A stretch of DNA of 16,812 bases from an uncultured archaeon (GCA_964645535.1 CAZYCQ010000002.1:46939-63750); one strand, 5' to 3'; shown: positions 7,374 through 16,261, counted from the stretch's first letter. The notes: a model not told the origin generated them from the letters alone. Made by a program: numbers and translations.

Positions 7374-8804
7374 CTAATATTGTTGGGCGTAATAAACCAT
7401 CTGCTTGCCTTCTTTTCCACAGTAGATACAAGGCCCATCAGGATCTTCTTTCAAATCCTCACGGGTTCCACGAACTGTGGCTTTTGTCTCATCCTTGATT
7501 TTCTTGGCGCAGTCTTCAGATCCACACCAGTTTCCTCGGGCAATGCCCCGTGTTGTTTCCATCATTTCCTTGAGCTCATCATAGGTTCGAACATCTCGAA
7601 TCATGGATTGGAGATAATCCTCAGCCTTCTTTTTCAGGGATTGGTGGATGTCGACCATGGTCTTTTCAAGGACTTCTGTCAATTCCTCCCTACTGACTTT
7701 TTGTTTCTTGCCGGTATCCCTCCTCACCATGAGAACTGAGTTGGAGGCAAGATCCTTGGGACCGATTTCCAACCGGATAGGAGTTCCTTTCATTTCCCAT
7801 TCCGCAAATTTCCATCCAGCAGTATAGTTATCTCTAGTATCTGCGACAACACGGTACCCTTGAGCCTTCAATTCCTCTTCAAGCTTTTTGGCTGCCTCAA
7901 TGATTTCCTTGTCAACTTTCTTGAAGATAATGGGAACAACAACAATCTGTGTAGGAGCAAATCTTGGTGGAAGAATGAGACCTTGATCATCCCCGTGCAA
8001 TGAGATCACTGCTGCAATGACTCGTGTACTCATTCCATAGCAGGTTTGATGGACAATCTTTGTTTCTCCGTCCTTGTCAAGGAACTTGATATCAAATACC
8101 TTGGCAAAGGACTGTCCGAGATTGTGGGTTGTGCCAATTTGGAGAACTCTTCCGTCAGGAAGCAGTGTATCATAGGCGATGGAATAGTCTGCGCCAGGGA
8201 AAGTATCATGAGGTGGCCGTCTGAAAATCATGTAAGAAAGAGCTAATTCATCAAAAACAGTCTGGTAAATCCTCATGGATTCCCGAACCTGTTCAGCGGC
8301 CTCTTCTGCTGTGGCATGGCAGGTGTGGGCTTCTGACCATTGGAATTCCCGATCTCTCAACAGAGGACGGGTTTCACCAGTATCCATACGGATGATGTTA
8401 CAGAATTGGTTCATTTTGAGTGGGAGATCAGAGTGGGAATTGATCCATTGCGCATACATGTAATACATAATGGTTTCACTTGTTGGTCGAAGTGCAATTT
8501 TCTTTTTCAGTTCTGTATTTCCGACCTTAGTGACCCACGCCACCTCTGGAACAAAGCCCTCGAAATGCTCTGCTTCTTTTTCAAGAAAATCCTCAGGAAT
8601 GAAGATTGGGAAATAAGCATCCTGATGTCCAGTTTTCTGAAATTCATCGTCCAAAGCCCGTTTGATCTCCTCCCAGATTTGATATCCATTGGGCAGAAGG
8701 ACATTTGCTCCTTTAATGGGAGTTCTAACATCTACGATGTTGCCTCTGAGAAGGATTTCGCTGTACCATTTTGAAAAATCAGATTTGGGGTTTTCGAGTG
8801 GCAT
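7374..8804 (-). CDS. proS: Proline--tRNA ligase, archaeal/eukaryotic type
   Basis: FSKWYSEIL, EAEHFEGFVPEVAWVT, ALRPTSET, PLLRDREFQWSEAHT, QIGTTHNLGQSFAK, HGDDQGLILPP, anticodon-binding domain, C-terminal Zn site (WCGSEDC...CIYC) and terminal Tyr. GAGGT SD-like element 6 nt upstream. Confidence 0.98.
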   Translation of the reverse strand: MPLENPKSDFSKWYSEILLRGNIVDVRTPIKGANVLLPNGYQIWEEIKRALDDEFQKTGHQDAYFPIFIPEDFLEKEAEHFEGFVPEVAWVTKVGNTELKKKIALRPTSETIMYYMYAQWINSHSDLPLKMNQFCNIIRMDTGETRPLLRDREFQWSEAHTCHATAEEAAEQVRESMRIYQTVFDELALSYMIFRRPPHDTFPGADYSIAYDTLLPDGRVLQIGTTHNLGQSFAKVFDIKFLDKDGETKIVHQTCYGMSTRVIAAVISLHGDDQGLILPPRFAPTQIVVVPIIFKKVDKEIIEAAKKLEEELKAQGYRVVADTRDNYTAGWKFAEWEMKGTPIRLEIGPKDLASNSVLMVRRDTGKKQKVSREELTEVLEKTMVDIHQSLKKKAEDYLQSMIRDVRTYDELKEMMETTRGIARGNWCGSEDCAKKIKDETKATVRGTREDLKEDPDGPCIYCGKEGKQMVYYAQQY

Positions 8805-8875
8805 GGTTTTACCTCGACTATGCCAATTATGACAGAACCTTTTGAAAACATTTCCATTTTTTCTTGGTAGTGACG

Positions 8876-9214
8876 TTATTGGATCTCGTATTGGTTCAAT
8901 TTATCTATCAGATGCTGATCCCTCAAGATCAGAATGTCATCGGATTTATCTTCAGTTTCAAGATCATTGATGAAGCCGATAATTTCTCGTTTCATGATCA
9001 GGTGAAGCAAACATTCATTGATGGTTTCAAAATCCATCTCTAATTCTTCAGCAATCACTGAAAAGGGGATTTGATCTCTAAACCGTTCCCGGTTGTCTTC
9101 GATGTATTCGAGGATTGCTACAACGTCATCAGGGGATACCGAGGGGCGAGAGCCCTTAAGGCTATCACGGAGCTGATCCATGGTTTCTTTGACTTCATCT
9201 TTGTCTTTGAACAC
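8876..9214 (-). CDS. Small acidic winged-helix protein, PCI-domain-like (112 aa)
   Basis: QIPFSVIAEELEMDFETINECLLHLIMKREIIGFIND fits, by eye, the PCI winged-helix pattern I-x-h-x-x-h-A-x-x-L...V-E-x-x-h-x-x-L-I-x-x-G-x-I-x-G/A-x-I-D. The CDS is likely real; the family call is moderate. Confidence 0.65.
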   Translation of the reverse strand: MFKDKDEVKETMDQLRDSLKGSRPSVSPDDVVAILEYIEDNRERFRDQIPFSVIAEELEMDFETINECLLHLIMKREIIGFINDLETEDKSDDILILRDQHLIDKLNQYEIQ

Positions 9215-9299
9215 TTGTATCAGGCTTTTTTCACTTTTCCCACCTAAAAAGTTTTTTTTGCCGATGAAGGATAGTCGATTTAATTTACTTACGATAAGT

Positions 9300-9305
9300 T
9301 TTTTA
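9300..9305 (+). promoter_or_regulatory. Putative TATA box for the aquaporin gene
   Basis: cgataag followed by TTTTTA, 22 nt before ATG 9328. No SD is present, consistent with a leaderless transcript. Confidence 0.45.
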
Positions 9306-9327
9306 GAACGAGCCCACTCATCAACCT

Positions 9328-10005
9328 ATGCTTGGCAAAGATGGAATAGTAGCAGAGTTTATTGGCACATTTGCCTTGGTGGCAATTGGAGGGTTCGCGG
9401 TACTTCAAGCGGACATTGGTAATCTTAACTTGGTGGGAGTGGCACTTGCCCACTTTCTGGTTCTTTCAATCATGGTTTACTTTGGAGGGAGATTCAGTGG
9501 AGCCCATTACAACCCTGCAGTCACCCTTTCATTTGTTGCCACTAGAAAAATTGATGGCAAAACAGGTTTGATTTACATTATTACCCAATTGGTTGCCTCT
9601 ATTTTTGCAGGGATTGTTCTGCTTCTGCTCAAGTCAGAAGACATGAAGGGAGCAGTCAGTAAACTTGGATTTCCCCATGTACAGCAGGGGTATGATCTTT
9701 GGATGGCCATCTTTGCGGAGGCTTTAGGTACATTTTTCCTGGTGTTTGTTATTTGGGCAGTCGCGGCAGATAAAAGAGCACCAGATCAGATTTTTGGATT
9801 TGCAATTGGAGGAGCCGTGGCATTTTCAATATTGGCAATTGGTCCAATGACAGGGGCAGCATTGAATCCAGCAAGGGTGTTTGGTCCTGCCCTAATTGCA
9901 GCAGATTTTGAAAACCACATTGTCTACTGGATAGGACCGATTATTGGAGGACTTTTGGCTGGGTTCCTATACAATACGATTTTCTTGAAAGAGGAAGAAG
10001 GTTAA
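9328..10005 (+). CDS. MIP family channel (aquaporin), TIP/AQP8-like
   Basis: AEFIGTF, SGAHYNPAVT, AEALGTF, GAALNPARVFGP and VYWIGP motifs, six hydrophobic helices and two intact NPA boxes. Confidence 0.97.
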   Translation: MLGKDGIVAEFIGTFALVAIGGFAVLQADIGNLNLVGVALAHFLVLSIMVYFGGRFSGAHYNPAVTLSFVATRKIDGKTGLIYIITQLVASIFAGIVLLLLKSEDMKGAVSKLGFPHVQQGYDLWMAIFAEALGTFFLVFVIWAVAADKRAPDQIFGFAIGGAVAFSILAIGPMTGAALNPARVFGPALIAADFENHIVYWIGPIIGGLLAGFLYNTIFLKEEEG

Positions 10006-10011
10006 TCCTCG

Positions 10012-10021
10012 TTTTTTTTTT
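10012..10021 (+). terminator. Archaeal-type oligo(T) terminator after the aquaporin
   Basis: T10 run beginning 6 nt after the TAA stop. Confidence 0.6.
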
Positions 10022-10090
10022 CTATCGATTGATCGTTTTTTGACGATTGTGAGTAAACAATGTTATATTTCAAGGATTTTTTGGTCAATT

Positions 10091-11227
10091 ATGAATGCTT
10101 TGGCACAGGCCAAGGAATTCGTTGACAGGGGTATGCTGAACGAAGCCCTGACAATCTTAGAGGAGGGTAGGTTTGATGAGGATGAGGAAATCGAGGCATG
10201 GATACTGAAAACAAAGATCAAGATGATTAAAGGGGAATTTCAGGAAGCACTGGCAGCGGCAGAAAAGTCTGTTGAGCTGAGTGAGGCCAGAAGGGACTAC
10301 ATCATCAACCTCAAGGACAGAATCCTTCAATTGGGAGACCTTTGGAAACAGGGGAAGTTCAAAGAATGTTATGAGATCATGATGTTGACCAAGGAAAAGA
10401 TCAGGGAAGGGGTAGATTTCGATGTAACTCAAGAGGCTGTTGCCAAATCCTATGAGACCTTAGGTATTCTTAACTACAACCAAGGACTGTTTGATGAGGC
10501 CATTGCCAACCTGACCAAGTCATTGGAGACCGTGAAACGATATGGTCTAAAGGTAGATACCTGCAACATACTCTTTTACCTTTCCCTCAGTTATGTGGAA
10601 CAGGAGAATTCAGCAAAAGTTGAAGAGACAAAGAAGATTTTGGCAGAGAACCTAAATTCCCATAATTGTGAGAACGCATCCTCAATAAACCTCAAATTGA
10701 TTGAGGCAATGGAAGCAAGACGAAAACCCACGTGGAAAGAAAAAGCCAAGGCAGAAGAGAGATTTGAGGAAATAATTGCAGAGAAAAGCCTTCCATTTGA
10801 TCTGCATGTATTCACCCTGACGCATTACTGTGATCTTCTGCTGGAACAGCTTCAGAGTGTAGATAATGAGGAAATCTTCGATAAGGCCAAGAAAATCACC
10901 AAAGAGATCTATGAATTGGCAGAAGCAAAAGAATCGTATAACCTGTTGGTGAATGTCCTCATTCTGAAAGCAAAGTTCGCGATCTTGGATCTCGACTTGG
11001 AAACTGCATACAGCCTTCTCGATCAAGCAGATGAAATTGCGAAAGAGAAGAGAATGGCCTATCATAAACTGCAAATTGAAAATCTGCGATCAATCATTAC
11101 CAGTGAATTGGAAGAAGTGGAAAAGAAGATTCGGCAAAACCTGACACTCAAGGAACGACTGGATCTGTTGACCTACCATGATTTTTTTGATCTGGCAATC
11201 AACACCCGAAAGAAAGAGGAAAACTAA
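10091..11227 (+). CDS. Tetratricopeptide-repeat (alpha-solenoid) protein, ~378 aa
   Basis: Repeated TPR-like units such as KGEFQEALAAAEKSVEL, QGKFKECYEIM, AKSYETLGILNYNQGLFDEAIANLTKSLE and LDLETAYSLLDQADEIA. ATG 10091 is preferred over the upstream TTG. Confidence 0.88.
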   Translation: MNALAQAKEFVDRGMLNEALTILEEGRFDEDEEIEAWILKTKIKMIKGEFQEALAAAEKSVELSEARRDYIINLKDRILQLGDLWKQGKFKECYEIMMLTKEKIREGVDFDVTQEAVAKSYETLGILNYNQGLFDEAIANLTKSLETVKRYGLKVDTCNILFYLSLSYVEQENSAKVEETKKILAENLNSHNCENASSINLKLIEAMEARRKPTWKEKAKAEERFEEIIAEKSLPFDLHVFTLTHYCDLLLEQLQSVDNEEIFDKAKKITKEIYELAEAKESYNLLVNVLILKAKFAILDLDLETAYSLLDQADEIAKEKRMAYHKLQIENLRSIITSELEEVEKKIRQNLTLKERLDLLTYHDFFDLAINTRKKEEN

Positions 11228-12360
11228 TCAAAACCGATGGGATAATGCCTTCTTTTTTTGAGGAAGGTTACAGGAACACCAAGGAGCAATGCAAGCTGTT
11301 CAATAATGAAGTCAACAGTTTCCTGACGGATCTTAGCTCGTTCATCCGCTTCGATAAGAATCGAGGGGAGGGCAGTGTCCAACCCATGCTTTCCCATGAG
11401 GTTCAAGGCAGCCAAGGCATTCTGCAATTGCATTGGAGCCCAATCTCTTCCATCAGGGTAAGCCACTTCGACACGAATGGGAAGATCATTCAGAACTGTC
11501 CGAAGATATGTGGCTCTGAATTCAATCCGTGGGCTCAATGGGAACCAATTGGGAGTGGTAATCTGGAACCATGGAAGCCTTTGTCCCACTTTGAGTAAAT
11601 GAACTGCAAAGTCTGCGTCTAGCAGGTGGGTCAAAGCCATTCGAAAACCTTTGGTCAGTTCCATGGAAACTGCTTTGGATCTAATCCAATCCACAATGGT
11701 AGCAATGAAGTGGGAAACAAAGGATCGAGATCGAGAATCCTTGACAACCCCCAAGAGAATGGTTTCATTTGAAACCGCAGTTCTGATCAGGTCAAGGTAG
11801 ATTTCCTTGATCTGTTTTTCTAACTCTGCAATAATTTCATTTGAAACATCATTGGAGAAATCGCTTTTCAGGGGATAGATAGAGCCGTCAAGCATCAATA
11901 TTCGTGGGCTCTGCATTTCCATGGCCTGAATGGCAACAGAATATTCGGCCTTGAGCCGAAGAAGAGTTCCCACCTTTCCTAGTTCCTGACGGGTTTCGAA
12001 GGAGGGGAAGATGGTCATTGTAGGTTTGGGATTGAATTCCGGTACATATTCAACTTTGACTTGATTTCCCAATCCTCGGAAAATCGGAGCTACAGCCCGA
12101 GTCAGGATCAGATCAAAGCCACGGAGGTCATTCTGAACGAGACCTCCATCGACTGCGGCAACCTTGGTAAATTTGGAAAATTTGTCGGGAATGGGGTTGA
12201 CAAGATCAGGTTCTTTCCAGACTCCACCCTCCAGTTTCGGGAGGGACATCAGGTTTCTCCGGAACCTTTTGAGCCACTCTTCCCTGATTCTGAAGCGACT
12301 TTGCTCTTCAGCGATCATTTTTGCAATATCTGGATCAATGAAGCTGGAGATGTCAGTCAC
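11224..12360 (-). CDS. nurA: NurA family nuclease
   Basis: VAAVDGG (first catalytic Asp), LRLKAEY, LMLDGSIYP (second Asp), GVVKDSRS, PIRVE and C-terminal PSILIEADERAKI. GTG start with an AGGT element just upstream. Confidence 0.9.
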   Translation of the reverse strand: MTDISSFIDPDIAKMIAEEQSRFRIREEWLKRFRRNLMSLPKLEGGVWKEPDLVNPIPDKFSKFTKVAAVDGGLVQNDLRGFDLILTRAVAPIFRGLGNQVKVEYVPEFNPKPTMTIFPSFETRQELGKVGTLLRLKAEYSVAIQAMEMQSPRILMLDGSIYPLKSDFSNDVSNEIIAELEKQIKEIYLDLIRTAVSNETILLGVVKDSRSRSFVSHFIATIVDWIRSKAVSMELTKGFRMALTHLLDADFAVHLLKVGQRLPWFQITTPNWFPLSPRIEFRATYLRTVLNDLPIRVEVAYPDGRDWAPMQLQNALAALNLMGKHGLDTALPSILIEADERAKIRQETVDFIIEQLALLLGVPVTFLKKRRHYPIGFD

Positions 12361-12399
12361 CTACCTTGAATTGACCTCTTTGATTAATAAGTCCAGAGG

Positions 12400-14241
12400 T
12401 CATGACTCTTTTCTCCTTTCGGATAGCCATCTTCGGATCAAATTCAGCCCATAGAAAATCGAGAGGACAAAACCAATGTAGAATGCAACGCCTTCGATGT
12501 TTCTGAACAGCTTGATCACAAAGGGAAGAACCGATTCTCCTCCAAGAAGTTCAAAAGGAAGGAACTGTTTGCTGGAACCCTCAAATTGGGGGAGGGCGAT
12601 AACATCACCATAAATCTTGGTGATGATGAGAACGAAGGCGGAACTGACGATCAGCATGAACAAAGCAAGATCTTCCTTCACTCTTTGCAGAACCAACGAA
12701 ACTGAAAAGAATTTGAGGCTAGAGGCCACAATAATATATAGAGGGATAATGAAAAGGAAGGAAATTTCGATGAGTTTGGGGTTGATAGCCAATGTGTTCA
12801 TTAGGTCAACAAAAGATTCAAGTACCGAAGTAATATCAATGTTGATCGAAAAATTGAAATCCACTTTCAGAAATTCAATCACATCGCTCAATCTATCCCA
12901 AGCGATAGCGACCCAAGACATCATCAGTAGGATTTGTCCAAGACGAGCGAGCATTCCTATTCGTTGGGATGTCGCGGAAATGCCGACACCACCCCCCAAT
13001 GCAGACCCCCGAAGTAGTCGGGAAAGAATGGAAATAATGGAGAACCCTTCGACAACCCCGATGACGACGGCGGAAATGCCGATTATAAAGATGAAATCAA
13101 GTTCATAGATACGAATGGGGTTCAACAGGTTCAATCGTAATGCAAGCAAAGCCAAAGATAACACTGAACTTGGATTATCAAGACTATAATCCGTAGGGGT
13201 GATGGAGGGAGGGATGATTCCGATGGTGCCGGTATGATCGAAAACCGTCCTTTGTGTGGTGTCCAAAACCAAGATTACATAGAGATCCCAGAAGGTCCAA
13301 AGAACAACAGGGAGAAGATAGAAGAGGAAGATGATCGGGACAATAATCAGCAGGTTATATCCACCCAAAGTGAGACCAAAGTGAAATATTCGTCGAAGCA
13401 AATCGGTCAACAGGAAAAGTAAGGTCAACAGAAAAATTGCGGTTCCCATCATAACAGTTCCCAAAATCAGCATTGAAATGAAATTAGCGGGATCAATGAC
13501 AATAAAGTATGTTGTCAAAACGATTCCAAGAATAAGGATGAGAACAACCGAAATCTTGTAGAATGTGCTCAGGATCTTGGATTTAGACAAAAGGAGGGAC
13601 TTGGCATCGACTGTTTTCAATCTTTCCCTCCCAAATCTTGTGACCAATGCAATCATGGAGAAGATAGGAAAGACCAAGAGGAGAGAAAGGAAGAAGAAGA
13701 AGAAATATGCACGGTACGTAGCATAAGTTAATCGATCGTCGCCTCTCGGCAGACCAGCAAACAAATCAGGAGGAGAATTGATGACGATATACCAAGAAGG
13801 AAGAGTGATCCCATGGAGCGTGAACACCCCGACAAGAGAGATGTCGACCACCACAAAAAGCAATGAAATGAAAATAAGCTGGACGAGGAAAAAGAGGAAA
13901 GCACGGTAGGATAGTAGATTGGTTAGACCGAAGGATTTCCTTTGGGCAACAAATACATACTTTGTAAAAGAATAAAGAATGGTGGAGAACAGAATGATAC
14001 TCAAAACCATCATTCCAAGATGGAGGATTGTTGTTCCCATGACACCAGTCTGATTTTCTTCCACTTGACCACCTAGGATTTCCTGTGAAAGGACAAGAAG
14101 ACCGATGATTTCAAGGAGCAACATCAAGAGAAATCGGCCAGCGGAAGCATAACCAGAAAACCTCCCTCTCTTCTTTTTTTTCCTTTCTTGGGTTTCCTGT
14201 GGCTCATGCGATACTGGTTCCGTGTCAGTCAAGGGGAGCAT
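12400..14241 (-). CDS. Uncharacterised polytopic membrane protein (613 aa, roughly 12-13 TM helices)
   Basis: Long ORF with many ~20-aa hydrophobic segments, a basic stretch RKKKKRGR before TM1 and a basic C-terminus. No transporter signature recognised. Confidence 0.85.
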   Translation of the reverse strand: MLPLTDTEPVSHEPQETQERKKKKRGRFSGYASAGRFLLMLLLEIIGLLVLSQEILGGQVEENQTGVMGTTILHLGMMVLSIILFSTILYSFTKYVFVAQRKSFGLTNLLSYRAFLFFLVQLIFISLLFVVVDISLVGVFTLHGITLPSWYIVINSPPDLFAGLPRGDDRLTYATYRAYFFFFFLSLLLVFPIFSMIALVTRFGRERLKTVDAKSLLLSKSKILSTFYKISVVLILILGIVLTTYFIVIDPANFISMLILGTVMMGTAIFLLTLLFLLTDLLRRIFHFGLTLGGYNLLIIVPIIFLFYLLPVVLWTFWDLYVILVLDTTQRTVFDHTGTIGIIPPSITPTDYSLDNPSSVLSLALLALRLNLLNPIRIYELDFIFIIGISAVVIGVVEGFSIISILSRLLRGSALGGGVGISATSQRIGMLARLGQILLMMSWVAIAWDRLSDVIEFLKVDFNFSINIDITSVLESFVDLMNTLAINPKLIEISFLFIIPLYIIVASSLKFFSVSLVLQRVKEDLALFMLIVSSAFVLIITKIYGDVIALPQFEGSSKQFLPFELLGGESVLPFVIKLFRNIEGVAFYIGFVLSIFYGLNLIRRWLSERRKES

Positions 14242-14285
14242 CCTCCATTTGTTGTTCCTTCAACATACCGGCTATTTCTGTACCC

Positions 14286-14293
14286 TTTTAAAA
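14286..14293. promoter_or_regulatory. Palindromic TATA-like element (TTTTAAAA) in the 74-bp divergent intergenic region
   Basis: Ends 22 nt before topoisomerase ATG 14316 and lies 44 nt from membrane-protein ATG 14241 on the other strand. Confidence 0.5.
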
Positions 14294-14315
14294 TCGATGA
14301 GGGGGAGACGATTGA

Positions 14316-16202
14316 ATGCGAAAAATCCTCGTGATCGGTGAAAAAACAAGCCAAGTGAAGAAATTTGTGGAAACCTTATGCGGCGGTCACACGACAACCA
14401 AACATGCAAAGTACATTTACTCGTACACAGGTAACTGGAGGGGACCTGACCATGAGTTATACATCTTTACTTTCCTTCCGTTGGCAGGCCACATCACCAC
14501 GATCGAGACACCAAAGGGTTATGGATGGGGAGAATGTGACCCTTTGACCTTAGTCAAGGATCCAAAAGCCCTTAAGGTTGTCAATGAGAGGAAATATGTC
14601 ACCATCCTTAGAAAATGTGCAGAGGGCAAGGATGAAATTTGGTTAGCAACCGATCCGGATGCGGAAGGGGACAACATTGCCTATGAGGCATTGAACATAT
14701 TGAAACCTAACATCAGAAAACAAGGATTGGTGATCAGACGGATATGGAATTCGTCGTTGACCAAAGATGAGATTCGAAGATCATTTGTGAATCCTAGGAA
14801 GTGGGAAGACAATCTTGCCCTAGCAGTACAGGGAAGAAGATTTACCGACGCATGGCTAGGATTTGCAGGGACAAGGGAAGTGACCCGTGCAGCCCGACAT
14901 GTAGCCAATGTAAAAGTCATCTCATTGGGAAGAGTTCAATTACCTACTTTGAGGGTGATTGTAGAAAGGGATTTTGAGCATGAAACATTCAGTTCAAAGG
15001 AAATATGGAATATTGAGGCTCAAACCCGCATCAATGGAGACGTGGTCAAGGCAACCCACGCAAAGCAACCGTTTTCGAATGGGGATGAAGCAAAGAGGAT
15101 ACATCACAAAATATCTGATGAAAGCACCGCATCTTTGGTGAAAGTCACAACCAAGTCAAAGAAGGAGAAACCCCCCATACCTCTCAACACCACCGCTGCA
15201 ATTGCATTGCTAAGCAAAACCTTGAAAACAACTGCATCTACGTGTATGGGATACTTAGAAGAGCTTTATGAGAAGGAACTGATATCCTATCCAAGAACGG
15301 AAAATAAAAAGTTTACAGATGGATTTCCCCATAAGGACATTTTACATAAGCTTTCAACCTTTCCACCACTCAGTGAATTCATTGATGCGATAGCGGATAA
15401 AGAAAAACCTCGTTCGAATGGAAAGAAAATGGAAGAGGAGGATCATGATCCGATTCATCCTACTGGAGAAATGAAAGCGCTGGCAACCTTGAAACCAGAA
15501 GTCTTTAGGGCATGGGACATTATCACAAAGCATTACGTCAGCCATTTCATGCAGGACTTCAAGTATTCAACGCACCAAGTAGATCTCTTGATCGGGGAGG
15601 AACCATTTGTCATCCGATTTCGGACAATTGAGCAACTTGGTTGGAGAGAAATTGCCGATTGGTTGAAAACGGATCAAGAGGAAGTCACAATACCTTCAAT
15701 TGGAGAACAATTTGCGGTCAGCCGCATTGATCTGAAAAAAGCAAAGACCAAACCCCCTTCGAGAATCACGGACAGCCAACTATTGGTGGAAATGGAGAAA
15801 ATGAGAATTGGTACCAAGAGCTCTCGACCCGAAATCATCAAGAAATTGCAGGAGAGAAATTACATTGTCAGAAAAGGTACACGGCTCAGATCCACCTTAT
15901 GGGGGAGGATTCTCATTCTTTCGTTGGATCCGATCTGGCCGGAGGTGATCAGACCTCATTTCACTGCCGAAGTGGAAAGGATGATGGATCTTGTTGCCTC
16001 TAAGCAGAAGCAGTATGAGGACATGTTAGAGACATTGAGAAATAGGTATATTGCACTTCATGAGAAGCTTAAAGGAAACCTGAAAACGTTCCAAAACTTA
16101 CTTATCAGATTGGGGCTCGAGGATCAGGTCAAACTGAAGGAAGATGAGGAGAAGATCAAAGAATGTTGGAAAACCTACTCCCAAATCCGAGGGAAACCCT
16201 AA
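14316..16202 (+). CDS. topA: Type IA DNA topoisomerase (archaeal TopA/Topo III-like), core only, no C-terminal zinc ribbons
   Basis: TOPRIM LVIGEK, LAGHI, LATDPDAEG, then SLGRVQ, active-site ISYPRT (Tyr, Arg), DHDPIHPT, IGTKSSRPEII and FTAEVERMMD. Confidence 0.95.
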   Translation: MRKILVIGEKTSQVKKFVETLCGGHTTTKHAKYIYSYTGNWRGPDHELYIFTFLPLAGHITTIETPKGYGWGECDPLTLVKDPKALKVVNERKYVTILRKCAEGKDEIWLATDPDAEGDNIAYEALNILKPNIRKQGLVIRRIWNSSLTKDEIRRSFVNPRKWEDNLALAVQGRRFTDAWLGFAGTREVTRAARHVANVKVISLGRVQLPTLRVIVERDFEHETFSSKEIWNIEAQTRINGDVVKATHAKQPFSNGDEAKRIHHKISDESTASLVKVTTKSKKEKPPIPLNTTAAIALLSKTLKTTASTCMGYLEELYEKELISYPRTENKKFTDGFPHKDILHKLSTFPPLSEFIDAIADKEKPRSNGKKMEEEDHDPIHPTGEMKALATLKPEVFRAWDIITKHYVSHFMQDFKYSTHQVDLLIGEEPFVIRFRTIEQLGWREIADWLKTDQEEVTIPSIGEQFAVSRIDLKKAKTKPPSRITDSQLLVEMEKMRIGTKSSRPEIIKKLQERNYIVRKGTRLRSTLWGRILILSLDPIWPEVIRPHFTAEVERMMDLVASKQKQYEDMLETLRNRYIALHEKLKGNLKTFQNLLIRLGLEDQVKLKEDEEKIKECWKTYSQIRGKP

Positions 16203-16211
16203 ACACCGACG

Positions 16212-16218
16212 TTTTTTT
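16212..16218 (+). terminator. Possible oligo(T) terminator after the topoisomerase
   Basis: T7 run 9 nt after the TAA stop. Confidence 0.4.
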
Positions 16219-16261
16219 CGATAAATTCTTAATGGTTGAACAACCACAAGGGGTGAGCATA

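Noticed and set aside
9287-9299. Inverted repeat ACTTA-CGA-TAAGT just upstream of the aquaporin TATA-like box
   Set aside because: Arms are only 5 bp in AT-rich DNA and there is one copy. It could be an operator but is not supportable.
10040-10090. TTG-initiated extension of the TPR ORF
   Set aside because: It lies in T-rich terminator/promoter-like sequence; ATG 10091 precedes the first TPR helix.
14160-14190. RKKKKRGR as a nuclear-localisation-like signal in the membrane protein
   Set aside because: More simply explained as a positive-inside topology determinant before TM1.
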